64,000 nt of DNA from Takakia lepidozioides. Lineage: Eukaryota > Plantae > Bryophyta. Location: positions 13,082,001-13,146,000 of the forward strand of contig CM060734.1 in the NCBI GenBank assembly GCA_030704615.1. Direction: 5' to 3'. Shown here piece after piece: positions 49,084 to 63,253 of this stretch. A model generated the notes under the pieces. That model saw nothing but the letters and a program-made list of their open reading frames with translations. It did no database searches and was not told the DNA's origin. The number at the start of each line of letters is the position of its first letter. Position 1 is the stretch's first letter. The position numbers and the translations under genes are program-made.

Positions 49084-50404
49084 TCAAATTGCCAGCCTTG
49101 GGTCCTGCAAGTGCAGTGTACAGAGATCCCTGTTGGTGGTAAATCTTTTGACTGCATCTTGCACATAATGATATGAGGCTCACAGCAGCAGCCCTTTCCA
49201 GAGAACTGTATGCCTTAGGAGAGGCTGTTGCAGAATCATTTTGAACCTTATAGAAGAGGCAAGATTGCACCAGTATCTTAAGAGGTCAGTAATACTGTAC
49301 ATGAATTGTTCAGAGTTTATGCCCAGGTACATTACCTGCTTTTAGCTCCAAAGAGATGGAATTGCTCAAAACCAATTACCATATAGGTAAGGCACTGATC
49401 TTGAAGATCAGCCAGGGATCAGCCTACTACGTTCAGCAGTACTGTCGTCATCCATGCTTGAATGGGCATCTGGGGTTGGCGTGGTACAGAGGCAGTCACA
49501 TGATCACGGTTTCCGTTGTGAATGCAATCTCAGGGTGTACTGTTGTCATCCATGCTGGAATGGGCATCTGGGGTTGGCATGGGACAGAGGCAGTCACATG
49601 ATCACAAAACCTCATAGTTGCCCTTTGTATGTGCAATCCTAAATGAATGCAGCTTTGAGGCAAGGATGATTTATGCACGCAACCCATTTCTTGTCTAACA
49701 GACAATGTGTGCCTAAGTAGGTGCTAGGCATGTGGCAAAGATTTCTATTGTATACTCCACTGGAACAGCTTTTATCAAACTATTTACTATCATTTACTAT
49801 CATAAGTCTACATATTGCCTTGAGCTTGTAACTTTAATTGTTCTTCAAGAAAAAGTTTGCAGAACTGTCCACTATAAGTGACTCCCCAGTAGTAAGCATT
49901 GCATGTGCTGCAAGGATTGAGAAGTTTCAGCCAGCAACTGAAGTAGTTGATTGTTATAGAATCTATTTTGTCCATGACACTGTAAAATGAGTATGGAAAT
50001 ATTCTTGGCCACATTTCTACAACAGCTCAGGCTAGCTTTCTGTTGGGACACAGCTAGTGAGAGGATGTGGACACAGATCCCACATGTCATTCTGTTACCC
50101 TATCTCATCTCAGTTGTGGGAACATGGAGAATGCAAGCCAAGATGAGCGAGACTGCAATTTTCCACGAGGATGTAGAAAATGTACTCGGGCGCACTTTGG
50201 GATTTATGCCAGAATTTTGCAGAAATGTGTGATGCAAGATATTTTCCGGAGCAACCGCCGGAATAGTGTATTCACAAGGGCAACAATGACGGCCCTGACT
50301 AAACACTAAACAATTTTTTACTGTCCTTCCTTACAATGGGAGGAGACTGCGTGCAGGCCGGAACTCATTTACAAATAAAATCTGCATATCATGAGCTACC
50401 TGAA

Positions 50405-51210
50405 ATGATGATGAAACCCTGTAAGACTTTATTTACAACATGTACAATGGGTGAACATACATAGGATGAGAAGTTCCCAAAAAGGGGGGGCGGGGAGGAA
50501 CAAGAAACAAGAGAAGAAAACAAACAGCTATAGTAAGCTACTCAGCTAGAGAAGAAAACAGAAGCTATAGTAAGCTACTCAACCAGAGACGAAAACAAAA
50601 GCTATAGTAAACTACTCAAGCAGAGCGACCCTCCCAGCCAACAGCCTGGAGGAGATCAAGCAAGGAGATAGGCAAAGTGTCAGGCATAGGCGGAAGATGA
50701 GATGACGCGGAGCTAGCCACATCAGCTCGATGCAAAATAGATATGGCTTGTGCTCTCTGCAAAGCAACTGAAACACGCTGTCGATAGTAGGCGACAAGGA
50801 CGGAGGCATGCGGGATGCCAGTGGACCCGCTCTTGGTTGCATGATGTGCATATGTCCGCAGGAAATCGTCGAAGTGCCGGTGCAATGAGCCAAATATCTC
50901 GACCGCCAGCGGAAGAAATCTGTCGGTGGGGTGACGATCGCTGTAGTCGCGCTCCTTGGCCTGAGCTGCTACAGTGGCTGTCGTGCCTGGTGTGGTAGCT
51001 GTGCGAGATAGCAGATCCATTCGAGTGGGGTCGGCGAAAACGACATCCGCTAGGGTACGCAAACCTCTAGATAGGACGATGTCAACACGGCGGCGTGTAG
51101 AGTGGGACGTGAGCGTGGGTCGTAGATGTGGTTGCTCACGCAGTACATGATACCCTGCCTCCCGAGCAATAGATGCCACCGCATCGCAAACCATATCATG
51201 AGACACAGTT
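50405..51210 (-). mobile_element. 5'-truncated CRE-like non-LTR retrotransposon (restriction-like endonuclease domain plus 3' UTR)
   Basis: HDMVCDAV..RRRVDIVL..LADVVFADP..AAQAKERDY..FLPLAVEIFG..RQRVSVALQRAQA. 3' UTR has 3 x ~35-bp repeats (50515-50618), AATAAA and a (CAT)n-like tail. Confidence 0.8.
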
Positions 51211-51249
51211 CCACGCTTCCTACTTTGCGTTCTCTTCAATTCATGCCCT

Positions 51250-54200
51250 ACAGTGCCCACACATATCACCACTAAAAGACTCTACTCAGTACTCAAGCAC
51301 TCGATCTTATTTGCCCGACTCACCCTCAAAATCCGCCCAACACCTCAGATCCTTGGCTCAACCCCTCCCCCCCTATATAGGTCCCAGCCGTTGTCCAAGA
51401 CCTTCTGCCCTACCATAACCCACCCCACTCCCACTGCAGATCCCCACACCACATATTTCACACCCTACTGTAGCACACTGAACCTTCTCAGCCTGCCTAA
51501 GCTCTCGATACCAGCGTTGCTTCCCTATTGGCACCTTGTTACACATACAGCCTCTCTGCTCATGCCCGCCGACTCTGCAAACTGCACCCACGACCACAGT
51601 ATTCTATTAAATAAGTCCCTCAAATGCCACACTTCATGCACTGCCCCCGCCCTGCTTGATTACACAGCCACTCTGCCACCTCCCCCATCTCTTTTATACT
51701 ACATCTCTCCCTGAATTCGCCCCAATACCCAGTTCACTTCCCCCTGTCCAGCTTCTGAGTACCAGCCATCCCCCATCTCAGCCCTGCCAGTTCTCACCCT
51801 CTGCCGAGCCATCCATCCTCACCAGCCTGGTGCTCCCATCAGCGCGCCCCCCCCCCTCACTTTCCTAGAGCACCAGAACTCTGACATGCATCAGCCTCTA
51901 CCCCTGGCCTTTTCGTACCCCACAGTTCATTACCTCCCAGACATGCCACCCCCCCCTTACTCTTTACAATACCCAGCATCATAAAACAACCCTTCAATAC
52001 CAGCCTATCTCTCCTCTCCCTCTCCTGCCAATGTGCCTGATCCCTCCCTCCCCCCTTGTCACCTGGCCCCACAACTCTGCCTCTGATCTATGGCCTGCTC
52101 CTGCTCACCACACTTGGTTCCCCAATTTATATTCCGCTGGCTTTTTCTCCCAGTATGTGCCCTTTACCTACTCTTCCCAATTTCATGTTGCCTCACTTTG
52201 CATATTCCCATAATAGGCCTTACAATGCCCTCACTGTATGCCCCATGTTCTAACTCCCCTCTCTCTTTTACAGGATGCGTACCAAATCTCCACTCCACAC
52301 ATTACATATGTCCCACATATGTTCATGTTCTTCATAGTCAGCACCACCTCTTTTTACAACTTGGTGAGCCCTTTGGCTTAAGGGAAGATCTCTCTCTTCC
52401 CCTGATTCACTTTCCTACTCTAACAATTCTCTCTCGCAGGCTTGCCCACTATCACCACCTGCTCAACCCTGTCACATCCAATCAGTACCGCCTCGTATTC
52501 ATACCCAGGAGCCCAAAGATGTCCCAACTATCTCACCCTCTCCTGCTGCCAAAGCATTCTGCTATTCCACCTTACCCCACTGCCCCAAAACACTGCCATT
52601 GGCATCCTCTATGGCCTCAGCTCAATCCCCGGTTCCTTCACTCTATGTACTCAGCCAGTAACCTCCCTTACCCATTCCACCCAATTCACCCCTCCCCACA
52701 CACAGGTGAGTGCCACGGCCTATCTCTTCTCACCCCCCTTGCCCATCTGCTGCCCCAACCTCAGGTCCCCTTCTTCCTACCATGCTTTCGAGCTTCCCTT
52801 CAACAACTATCTGTCCAACCCAACACCCACCCAGCTACCCACAAGCCAACTAACCTTAATCTTGTCTGCCTAGACTCCGCTAGACCCCTTTTGAGCAACC
52901 CCTCTTCCAAGTCTACTCCCCCCCCCCTCTCTGGGGCTGCCACATTCATGATAGCCACCACCCTAACAGTCTACCCCCCTCTTTACAATCTTGCCACAAT
53001 GCCCGTACCCCTCTTAGCACATACAATATGATCTCACTCTACACTGCATCTCGTTCTAACCCTTACTTCCTGATTGCAGGCTATCCATACAACACTTACC
53101 GCACAGCACACCCACACTTCCCCCTATGGGGCTCTCTCACACAATGGTCCTCTATATTCCACTCAGTCAGTTACATATGCCCCGGATATGTCCATTCAAA
53201 TAATTTGCAAAAAGCTTCCACACCCCTACCAATTACACACATATGTTCTGCATATGTACACTTATCACACCAGATCTGGCACCACAATCTCTCACCACAT
53301 AACTCTTGCGGCACCCTGCCATGTCATCCCACAAAGCCCTCTACCCATTCCGAATTCCATCTCTCCAGCAATTGCATATCATATGCCTACCCACCACTCA
53401 CAAGGGCCCTCGTTGCCTCACCATTTCATCCCTACCCCCTGCCCCCTCCCATCATCCGTGTCACCCCACCTCCCTTGCCCAGATTTGACCCATATGCCAT
53501 GCCAAGCCCTGAAAGTGATTACCTGTTATCTCACCAGCCGGCCACCACAACCCAATCCCGCATTCCCAACCCAAGACCCAATCAATTCTACTCCTACTTA
53601 ACACCCTACCACATGCAATACTCAGTATGCCTATACATATGCCCAAGCCCACACACTATACAACACATAAGAAACATACCCTGCTACCAATTTTCTCCCA
53701 TCCCACGCTGCTTGACCAACAGAATTCCCACTGTCTAAACAAATATCACTGGGCCCTGCCCACCTCAACTCCATTTACAGCTCCCTACCCCTGCTTGCAC
53801 CCAATATTAACCACCAAGCAACACTTAATGATATACCAGACTGCAGACTGCCAAAATTGCAACCTCTTAATACACAACTCTTCAAGCTGGATTAATTACG
53901 CCCCCCCCCCCCCCCCCCCCCCTCCCTTGTAATCACTACCTCCCACTTATAACCAAATCAACGCCGACTCCCAATCTCGAACCACCACACCCAACCTCAC
54001 CCACAGTACACAGTAAAGAGATGTTTACTGACAAAGGCATGCCACCACCTTGACATGCGTTTACACTTCTTAATACCTCTCCTTACTCCAATACCTCTCA
54101 GCCGCCACCCAGCCACAAAGGGCTAACGGCTCTAATTACTACACCAAGACAACCCTGCCGCCAGGCTACCTCACACTGCTGCCATACTGCCCCCACATAT

Positions 54201-54880
54201 AGGCTACAGCCACACCCCAAGCCAGCCACTTCATCCCCCCCACCACCTTGGCAATTTTGTCTCAACCCGCCCTCTCTGCTCTCAACACACTGCCCATCTC
54301 CCTCTTTTTCACAGCTCCCAACTGTTGGCTTCTCTCTACGTATGTCTCTTTCCAAACATGGTAGTACCCAGAAGAGTACAGGCAGTATCCAAAAGCACCA
54401 TCGTCCCCTCTCTACTATAGTCACCCGCACCAAATGAGCTAGCTCACTCCAGCTCGCGGCACTCCACTCCGCGTCCACAGCTAGTCACATGGATAAGGAT
54501 TATGACATGGACATCCGCTAGGAAGAAGGCATGGATGTCAGCGACATGCACCCCTCCGACGAATTATTCTTTGCAGCAGAGAACGCCTATTCCACACAGA
54601 GCCCTGCGAAGGTCAGCATTGAGCAGACTCCAGCAATTCAAGCCATCACCACCCCGTCATCTACAACAACACCCAGGAAACGGCGCGTCCCACCTCAAAC
54701 TGCAAACACCTCGCCAGTACAGCTCCCAGCTACCACCCCCCACTCCAAGCGGTCAGCTAGCGAATCCAACAGCGAGGCTGGCAGAAGCCCAGCTGACTCC
54801 AAAAAATCCAAAGGCACTGGCACACCAAGCCCCTCAACACATCGTAGCTACCTATTTCTCTCCAACATACAGCAATACTG
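51250..54880 (+). other. Strongly C/A-skewed degenerate region, probably a decayed non-LTR retrotransposon
   Basis: Composition matches the C/A-rich sense strand of the LINE fragment at 59.7-60.5 kb; no diagnostic motif recognised. Confidence 0.35.
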
Positions 54881-54916
54881 GATAGGCTACCCCACACTCG
54901 AGCAGCCTGCAAGGGA

Positions 54917-57900
54917 CTATTACTTCTTCATGAGTATGATTTTGAAGTTGTTCATAAACCAGGGAGATTACATGTTACAGCAGATCATCTGTCAAGGATT
55001 ACTACAGGAGAACCAGCCACGGGAGTAGAGGATCAACTTCCCGACGCATTTATGTTTGTTGTTCAACCAGAAGCACCAGATGAAGAGACAGATCCTATAG
55101 ACACTTTGGGAATGTTTCAAGGAGACTATGACCTTCCAAATGCGTTTAAACTCATGGATGACACTGATGAAGAAGAGGACTCATCAGATGAAGATGAACC
55201 TCTTGATGAAGGACCTATTATTGAGGAAGAGCCAGATCTAGAAGAAGAAGATGACAAGGAAAGCAAAGAAACAAACAATCAAAATATCAGTATTGGAGCA
55301 TATACAGTTACCAAGGAAGAATCAGAAAACATTCAGAATCAAGATCAAGATGATTGGCAATGGCCAATCAAATACTATCTGAACACAGGGAAATTTCTTG
55401 AAGACTACACCAAAGATGACAGGACGAAGTTTTCAATGAAAAGCAAGCCATACACAGTAATCAAGGGGATTATGTACAAAAGAGGAATTGACTCCATAAT
55501 GAGAAGATGTGTGAACAAAGAGCAAGCCAAAACAGTGATGCAAGAACTACACGAAGGAATTGCAGGAAGACACTTCAGTTCGGACCTGACAGCAAAGAAG
55601 ATATTATTAGCAGGTTATTGGTGGCCTACTGTATTTGGAGACACTTATGAACACTGTCAATAGTGTGATGTTTGCCAGAGGATGGGACCAGTAGAATGAA
55701 CTGGGAAGGGTACTATGCACCCAATACTACCAACAGAACCATTTCAGCGATGGGGGCTAGACTTCGTGGGACCCATTAAACCTCCAGCAAGGTACACACA
55801 AAACCAATACATCCTCACAACCACTGACTACACTACCAAATGGGTAGAGGCCAAGGCACTAAGAGACAACACTGCCAGATCGACAGCCAAATTCTTATAT
55901 GAAAACATCATCACACGATTTGGTTGCCCACTGGAATTCGTCAGTGATCAAGGATCACATTTTATAAATGACGCCATAAAATGCTTGACGGAGGAGTTCA
56001 TGATCGTACATCACAAGAGTATTGCTTACTATCCCCAAGGAAATGGCCAGGCCGAATCTACCAACAAGATATTATGCACTATCTTAACCAAGATAGTAAA
56101 TGCCAACAGATTGGGACACCAAATTGAACACAACACTATGGGCATTCAGGACATCATACAAGGTGACCACGAAACATACACCATTTCAACTGGTGTATGG
56201 AGCAGAGGCACTATTACCCATTGAATGTATGATACCCACACTACGAACCAGAACTCATGAACGATGGGGTTTAGAAGAATCTCTACGAGTCAGGGAATAT
56301 GAGTTATTCCATCTAGAAGAAGTTCGGGCAGACGCCGCAGATAACATGGCACGGTTCAAGAACAACAAAGAAAAAGAATATCCGAAGGGAAAGAGAAATC
56401 TTTCCAGGACGGGGACATTGTTTTGTGGTTACCAAAAATCAAGAAGATCAATCTGGGCAGAAAATTGAAAATGTCGTGGATGGGACCATTTCAAATCAAA
56501 AAGGTACATGACAATGGAATTGTTGATTTGCAGACCTTGGAACAAGAATTCGTGGGACGAATTAATATTAACAAGTTAAAAGGCTACCAAGGAATACATG
56601 ACAAAGCCCTTATACATGACTTATATGCCAATGAGGAAGATCAAACTGAAGATGAGGAGCGTGAAACCGCCAGCGCATACTACATTCATCACGACACGGT
56701 GAATCGGCATGTACTAAGACAGGTGGCAACACGAATTCAGGGCACCACGATGGCTAGACCACCATTCATCTGGAGGACAACATTACCACCCCATATACCA
56801 TATGGTGAACCGTGGCCAGCACAGATGTCCTACAGAACTGTGAACAAATACGAAGCAGCCAACGAGTCACTGCTTGTGTTAAACTCCGAGATGTACGCTC
56901 CAGATCACCCCACCGACCGTGGTAATCATACACCACTAGCCATCGATTATAACACGGAGGCAGAACGACGGCGCAATCCAACGGATTGCCAAAAGACGGC
57001 GGATGATAAGGGCAAAGCCATTAAACCAAGCTGCAAGTACTGCGCACACACCGCCCATCTAAAAACAGACCACGTACCAAAGTGGATGAACACATCCAAG
57101 ATGAACATAAACTGACCGAAACTGGACAATCATCAACAACCATCAGTTCGATCCAAAACAAACCACGGAGAAAACAGCAACGGAAGAAAATCAGGCACAA
57201 AAGGGATGAAGTTTTCTCAAAACTGTTACCAGAAGCTAAATGCTTCTTGGTAAGCCTGGGCCCAGCAATTAAAGCTAACTGCGCTTTAAACCTAGGCAAC
57301 CAGCATGACAGAATTACCTTCACGAAAACCTCGAGAGAAGTTAGAGGAGAAGCCTACAGAGGAGAACCCCTACTTAAACCCAGAAGCGAACTCCTCACCT
57401 TCTCTTCCGCAAACTGAAAATTGTTGTCTACACTTCCAGTGTGCTTCATACTCCTTGTGATACAGGAATTGGTGCTCCAATTCCTTACAGCAACCGCAAG
57501 ACTAAGAGAAATGGCAGGCACCAAGCGGAAGGCACCAAGTTCTTATGCGCAAGTGAATTTCAAAATCAGCCCGGCGTTACGGAAGATTGAGCAGGATACA
57601 GAGACACAGGAGACGTTGGACAATCTTGGTCTGCGATACTTCATCACCACGCTGGACTGGAACCTGAAGCATGACGAGCTGTGTAGGGAGTTCTTGGAGA
57701 ATTACAACACCAGCACTCGGAGCACAAATGTCCGTGACACACACATCCTGCTGACGGAGAAGTACTTGGCGGAAGTGTTTCACCTTCCCAATCTGGACAT
57801 ACCGGCGCACAGCGGCAAACCTCCAAGGTTTGTACTTGCAAATTTGTTTGAGAATCTCAACCAAGCAGATCAGGGCTACACATGCAATCACAACAAAAGC

Positions 57901-58944
57901 CTCGGCTTTAGGAAGATAGCCCCGGTACTTAGCACGTTGCTTTGCCTCAGGCAAAACCACAGCTAATGTACCAAGGAGCTAATCGATCAAGTGTTGATTT
58001 GCCTCAATGGGCAAATCGTGAATTGGGCAAGCTTCTTATTGAAGAAGTTAACCCAAGAATTGACCTGGTTGACAAAGAAGAAGAAGGATGCGATTGTTAC
58101 CATGGCCACTCCCTTGTTACTCCAAATGATTTGACACACTGTACACCTGACACCCGAAGAGCAAACGATGTTGGGGATTATGCAGCGGGTAGATACCATG
58201 GAGGAAGAAGGAAGTAACACGGCAGCAGGTCAAGAAGAAAAAGAGGGTGGACTTGCAAACAGAGCCCGGATCAACGAAGCAACCACAAGTGCAGCAGTAG
58301 AGGACATCATCAACTCGACGGCTGATTCCACAGTGCAGAGAGAAGGGGAGAGTCAACAGCCAGAAGGAGGCAACCAACCACAGACCAATGAAGCAACACC
58401 CATGGAAATTAGCCATGGTAACACTGAAATCCAACGAACATCACACACAGAGGCCACACAACCAGAAGCAGAGGAGGGGGACATAGTGGCGCAGCAACAA
58501 CAGATGGTGCAAGAGGCACCCAGTCAACAGCGACAACAGGTGGTGCAAGAGGCACAAAATCAGCAGCAGCAAGACCGTAATTCCAATTTGGAATTACTAC
58601 TAGCACAACAAGTTCTGGATACAACAGCATGGGACACAGGGTTGGAAGAAACGCCACAGAATGTAATTCTGCAGGCAATACAAGCATTGGGTCAAGTGAC
58701 AACTTGTATGGACAGGGCCAAGGATTACATCAGCCCGGAGAACCTGAGCATGATCTTAGACCATATCAAGGAGAAACACCAGAGGGAATTGGCGACAGCA
58801 AGAATAGTATGTAACCACGAGGTTACAATTGCAGCGTTAGAAGATCAAAAGACGACCTTACTTCGCCAATACAACACCTTGACACAATACAAAGATGATT
58901 GGAGAAGAAGTGGGAAAGACAGAGATGATTTTGGTTCGCTTTGA
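54917..58944 (+). mobile_element. Second non-chromovirus gypsy fragment (RNase H end, integrase, extra ORF), related to the 18.2-28.9 kb element
   Basis: LLHEYDFEVVHKPGRLHVTADHLSR; KKILLAGYWWPT; [46 protein letters not shown], close to 23640-24464; extra ORF from ~57511. Confidence 0.9.
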
Positions 58945-59679
58945 GACTTGGCCACTATGTTCAATGTGCCATGTAAGAGGCCCCAGAGTAATATCAGATC
59001 AATCGAAATTCGTTCAATGGGCCAACGGATGGTTGCCCATCCAAATGATTTTCGTTCGCTTTGAAACTTGGCCAGTGTACCCTCTGATACGTCCCAGTGT
59101 AATACGAGATCAATCGAAAATCGTTCAATTGTCCAATGAGGCGTTCACTTGTCATTTGGTTTTTGTTCAATGCGAAAAAAAAATCTTGTAATGCGTGCAC
59201 GGCTATTGCATCCATTGAACGGATGTGGTTGAAGCCCCTCTTTTGCCCGCATGTGCTTGAACATGTGTGCAACACATGTGCGGAGACACAACAGATGAAT
59301 AAATCATTTGCCTCCCCATCGACGCGCTCCCCCCTCAAGCCATTCCACATTTAATTGAATTTAAATTTATTTTAAGCCAATAAATAGGTTTGCATTGCCT
59401 TTCAGTGGGGGTTTCTGGCACGTATCGATTTTGTTTTTGGCTCAATTTTGTTCTGCAGCTTCCAGCATCCCACGGCTACTCCCCCGCCAAAATTTGGACC
59501 AATCAAAAATGCCTAAAAAAAAAAGTGTTCTCTTCGCTCACTATTGCAGAACTCTCTATAAAGAGTGCATGAAGTAGAACACAAATCAAGTTTGGAGTGC
59601 AAAACAGGGAAGAAACTGTGGTTTTGGGTCCAAATGAATTTTGATTGCTCCCAAATTTGTTGAGGGCAGGGTTGAAGAT

Positions 59680-60490
59680 GGCTTTGTGGGCGCGCTTAGG
59701 GTGATCACGTAAAAGTTTCCCCAAGGATGAGACGAATTTCTTGTGATTGGCAGTGGCTTTTTGTTTGGTGATGTTATATGCGGCCTTCTTTGCATCCCTG
59801 CCAATTTTGGCTAGGATATCAATCCAGTTGGGTATGGCTGTGGGGTCGGACGGCGGGGGTAGAAGTGGTTGGCAGAGGGGGATAGCGTTTAAGCACAAGA
59901 TACGGCGATCGGTGGACCAGTTGTTGAGTGGGGTGGTGGTGGGTGTGCTGGGGATAATCGTGAGGGCGCGACGTATGGTGTGGTATGTGTTGAGATGGGA
60001 GGTCCACTTGCGTTTTTGAGTGCGTGTAAGGTAGCCCCCGTTTTGTTGTGAATGGGGGTTTGAGGGAGTTCCGGGGGAGCGGAGCAAGTGGCAAGCACGC
60101 TGGTGGTCATGAGTTGTAGGATGGATGTGAGGGTACGTTCAGCTGCAAGCCATGTGGTTTCCGGGTGTTGGGAAAGGTTCGAGTCGGATAGGGTGTGCGA
60201 GAGGGTGAGCATTAAGGCGGAGGCGGCTGGGTGAAAATGGGATTTGAATGCAGCTATATTACTATAGGGTAGAGGGGAGAGGAGACGTGGATGAAGGGGT
60301 GGTGCCTGCGTGATGGGAACTGGTCAAAAGGGGATGAGTGATGGTGGGAGGGAAAGGGAGATCGGGTAGTGGTCGGAATTACATAGGCTATCAATATGTA
60401 CATGGCTTTGCAAGTGAGGAGGGATGGCCTCGCTGGTACGTAGGTAGAATCCATCAATGAGGCTTAGTGAGGAATAATTGAGGCCACCTT
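59680..60490 (-). mobile_element. APE-type LINE ORF2 fragment (endonuclease end plus linker), interrupted at 60491 by a MULE
   Basis: SLIDGFY..NSDHYPISL (APE C-terminal motif), then ..HPKRAHKAIFNP. Confidence 0.7.
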
Positions 60491-60723
60491 GGGGGGCTGC
60501 TATTTCATGAGCGGCATGAGCACGAGCGGAAAAAAAAAAAACATGAGCGGACCATTGTGTGTCCACGGAAATAGGGTTAGGAGGCACGGAAATAGGGTCA
60601 TGTGAAGTTGGAATGTGGCACTAGTGGACTCGTCATAGCAATGAAATGCAACATTTTATTGCAAATTTTGTGGCAAGCCACATCTATACAAGTGTGTCCT
60701 AACTATCATAGCCGGAATGGGCA

Positions 60724-63077
60724 CTACTCTCTTACACCCTCCGAGGAACTTGCCCCACCTTCCTCCTCATCCCCCTCATCCCCCCCATCCTCCGAGCTCT
60801 GTGATGCATCAGTTCCACTTTGCCTCTCAAAAAATCCGTCCTCTCCTTGGGGGACTGTCCACCTCACCTCCTGGGAATCTTCTGCCTCTCCTCCCCCACT
60901 TTCCTCAGCAGAATCCAAGACAAATCTACGAGCCTGACGGGCTCTAATAGCTGTTGCCTCCTCCCTCATCTTCATTTTCTTGAGGCTTGCCTTGTCTAAA
61001 ATCTGCTGTACACGACTAGGTTCGGAAGACCTCCTAATGGACACCGAAGCAAGCTGGGCAACATAAGTAGGAAGGATGTAGTCCCTTTCTGGACTCGACA
61101 TGAAATCCCCCCTGGCAAAAAAAAAGCACATTCCTCCTGCCCATGAACTGCGGTGTAGACGTCCCTCCTGCAGTACTTGGCATCTTGCAGTAAGAACAAA
61201 TCCACTTTAAGAATGTCAATACCAGCAGAAGCCAAAAATGGTCTTTCAATGAAATAAGAGAGTGAAGGGAGGTGCCTCGCGAAATCAGGAGGCAACTTAC
61301 AATGCGACCACTCACTTGTAAACCAGGGGCTCCTCGGCCTCGATCCCAACTTGTACCTCCCCCACCTCCTTCTCGGATTCTTCCTCATCCTCCGTGGATG
61401 CCTCTTCCTCTTTCGGCAAACGTTCAGCCACTGCAAGTTCAGAGTTGTGGAGGGCAGTATCTGGCTCGAAGGCAAAGACATGCCTGTCAGACAACGTCCC
61501 TGCCCACATTGAAGCACCTGAGGGACAAAACGGGTGGTTAGTAGCATGCGGCATGCAATTGCAATCGGGCCAGGGGACAAAATATGCACGTGAAGGCTTA
61601 CCCGTGCCGCATGTGAGGTCAAGAATCCGCCCTTGGACATCCGAGCACGTCTCCATGAGGGTTTGGATGAAAGTAGGGCTCCGGGTCCGGCTGTACAGCC
61701 ACGGTTTGCCTGTCTTTGTGTCCTTCGGCATACTGGATTGGGACACATAGTTGTAGAGGACATCGTAGGTAACAGTGTCCACAGCGGCATCAACAAGACG
61801 ACCATCATTGCGGAATTCGAACGTAGAACTTCTCTTCACAAAACAATATGCCTCAAACACCAATGTCTGCACATCCAACAAAAGAGGGATCCACTCCAGG
61901 GTCTAGTTTAGATACACCACAATATGAAGTGAATGCAATAGATTGATAACTTACACTTTGGCCCTCTGTTTGCAACCCCTACGTATTGATGCAGAACCAT
62001 TTTTTGAGGAGGACCAGGGTGACACTTTTTGGTGTCTACCTTGCCACAACATTCTCTGTGGTCTTCCCTCTTGTGGCAAGGACCACCATACATCCACCGT
62101 CATCCAGGAGCATCCCCGCCAGCCCAAACCCGGCTCTCCAGTAGTCCTCCGTAAACTTGTTCCAGGTGGGCACACCATCCAGGCCTCCAGCAGGTCCCCA
62201 TCTGGAATATTGAGGAGAATCATATCGCAGGCTCTCTCCACCTCAACGACCCCCCCCCCCGAGTGCTCTTGCAATCCGTGCTCACAGTCGTGAAGAATTC
62301 CATCATGGCTTCCAAACCAGGGGTGTCTTTAGGCTCTGTAGCAACAGCCCTCTTCTTGGCTTTCCCCTTCAGCTCCTCCAGAGACTTGCTGTGTGCCACC
62401 TTCTTCGCCCTGGCAGCCAGAGCGTCAAGGAAGCTCTCATTGATGCATTGGATGATAGTTGGGGATTCTAGCTTCTGCAGAAACATCACCGCCGAATACC
62501 GCCGTGTAGGCTCGCCCTCAAATGCCAACTTCTTGGCAGAGCCAGTCCCAGTCCGAACTGACTTGGGAACCCGGACGACCGGTGACTTGGTAGCAGCAGC
62601 AGTAGTCGCAGGACCTTGCACAAAGTCGTCGTCAGAGTCACTCCCTTGGGGCCCCTCTTGCGCCTCCTCTGGTACCCCGGTGGTTTTCTGTTTTTTGGGG
62701 GTTACTTTACTCCCCTGTTTCCGTGTCCTTTTCATTTGTCCTTTATTCCTCTCATTCAATTTCTCCTGAATACCTGCCTGAGCAAGCTCTGCCGCTTTCC
62801 TGGACTTGGCAAGCGCTTTCGCCTCCTTTGGACCCAGCGGAGGCAGCGGAGCCCGGTTTTGTCGGGCCTCCGCATCTAGCTTCAATTGGAACTCGGATGA
62901 GTCGAGCGAGCCGGGCGGAAGGTCCACATACCAAGGGCAGTCGCGCAAATGCTCCAGATGCCACTCCTTCACGATAACGTCAGTGTACATGGAGTCAACT
63001 CAGGGTTCCTCCATGCGAGGAAGAATGGCGGCTCGAAGGACAGATGACCTTTCTCCAACATGAGAACTTACAGTACC
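60724..63077 (-). pseudogene. C-terminal exons of a beta-class DNA amino-methyltransferase-like cargo gene (homologue of 39838-43544)
   Basis: HLRDCPWYVDLPP (copy 1: HLSSCGWYLDCPP); CDMILLNIPDG; GKPWLYSRTRSPTFIQTLMETCSDVQGRILDLTCGTG|ASMWAG..RHVFAFEPD. Has the same phase-1 intron in motif I as copy 1. Confidence 0.8.
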
Positions 63078-63253
63078 TGCATTCAAAAAACACAGACAGA
63101 ATCACATCCATTTTTCCAGGCTGGGTCCGAAAATGGCTAAGTCCCAGATCTGATTGGGCCCGGAACTGGAAAAATGGCGCCATTTATCCAGTACAGGGTC
63201 CGAAAATGGCTAAGTCCCAGAAATGACTGGGCCTGGAATTGGAAAAATGGCGC

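Noticed and set aside
49440-49606. ~67-bp direct duplication downstream of ClpS1 (a similar pair lies at 14319-14612)
   Set aside because: Simple local duplications with no further structure.
52090-53738. 313-aa and 236-aa Pro/His/Leu-rich ORFs as host genes
   Set aside because: Explained by extreme C skew; no recognisable domain.
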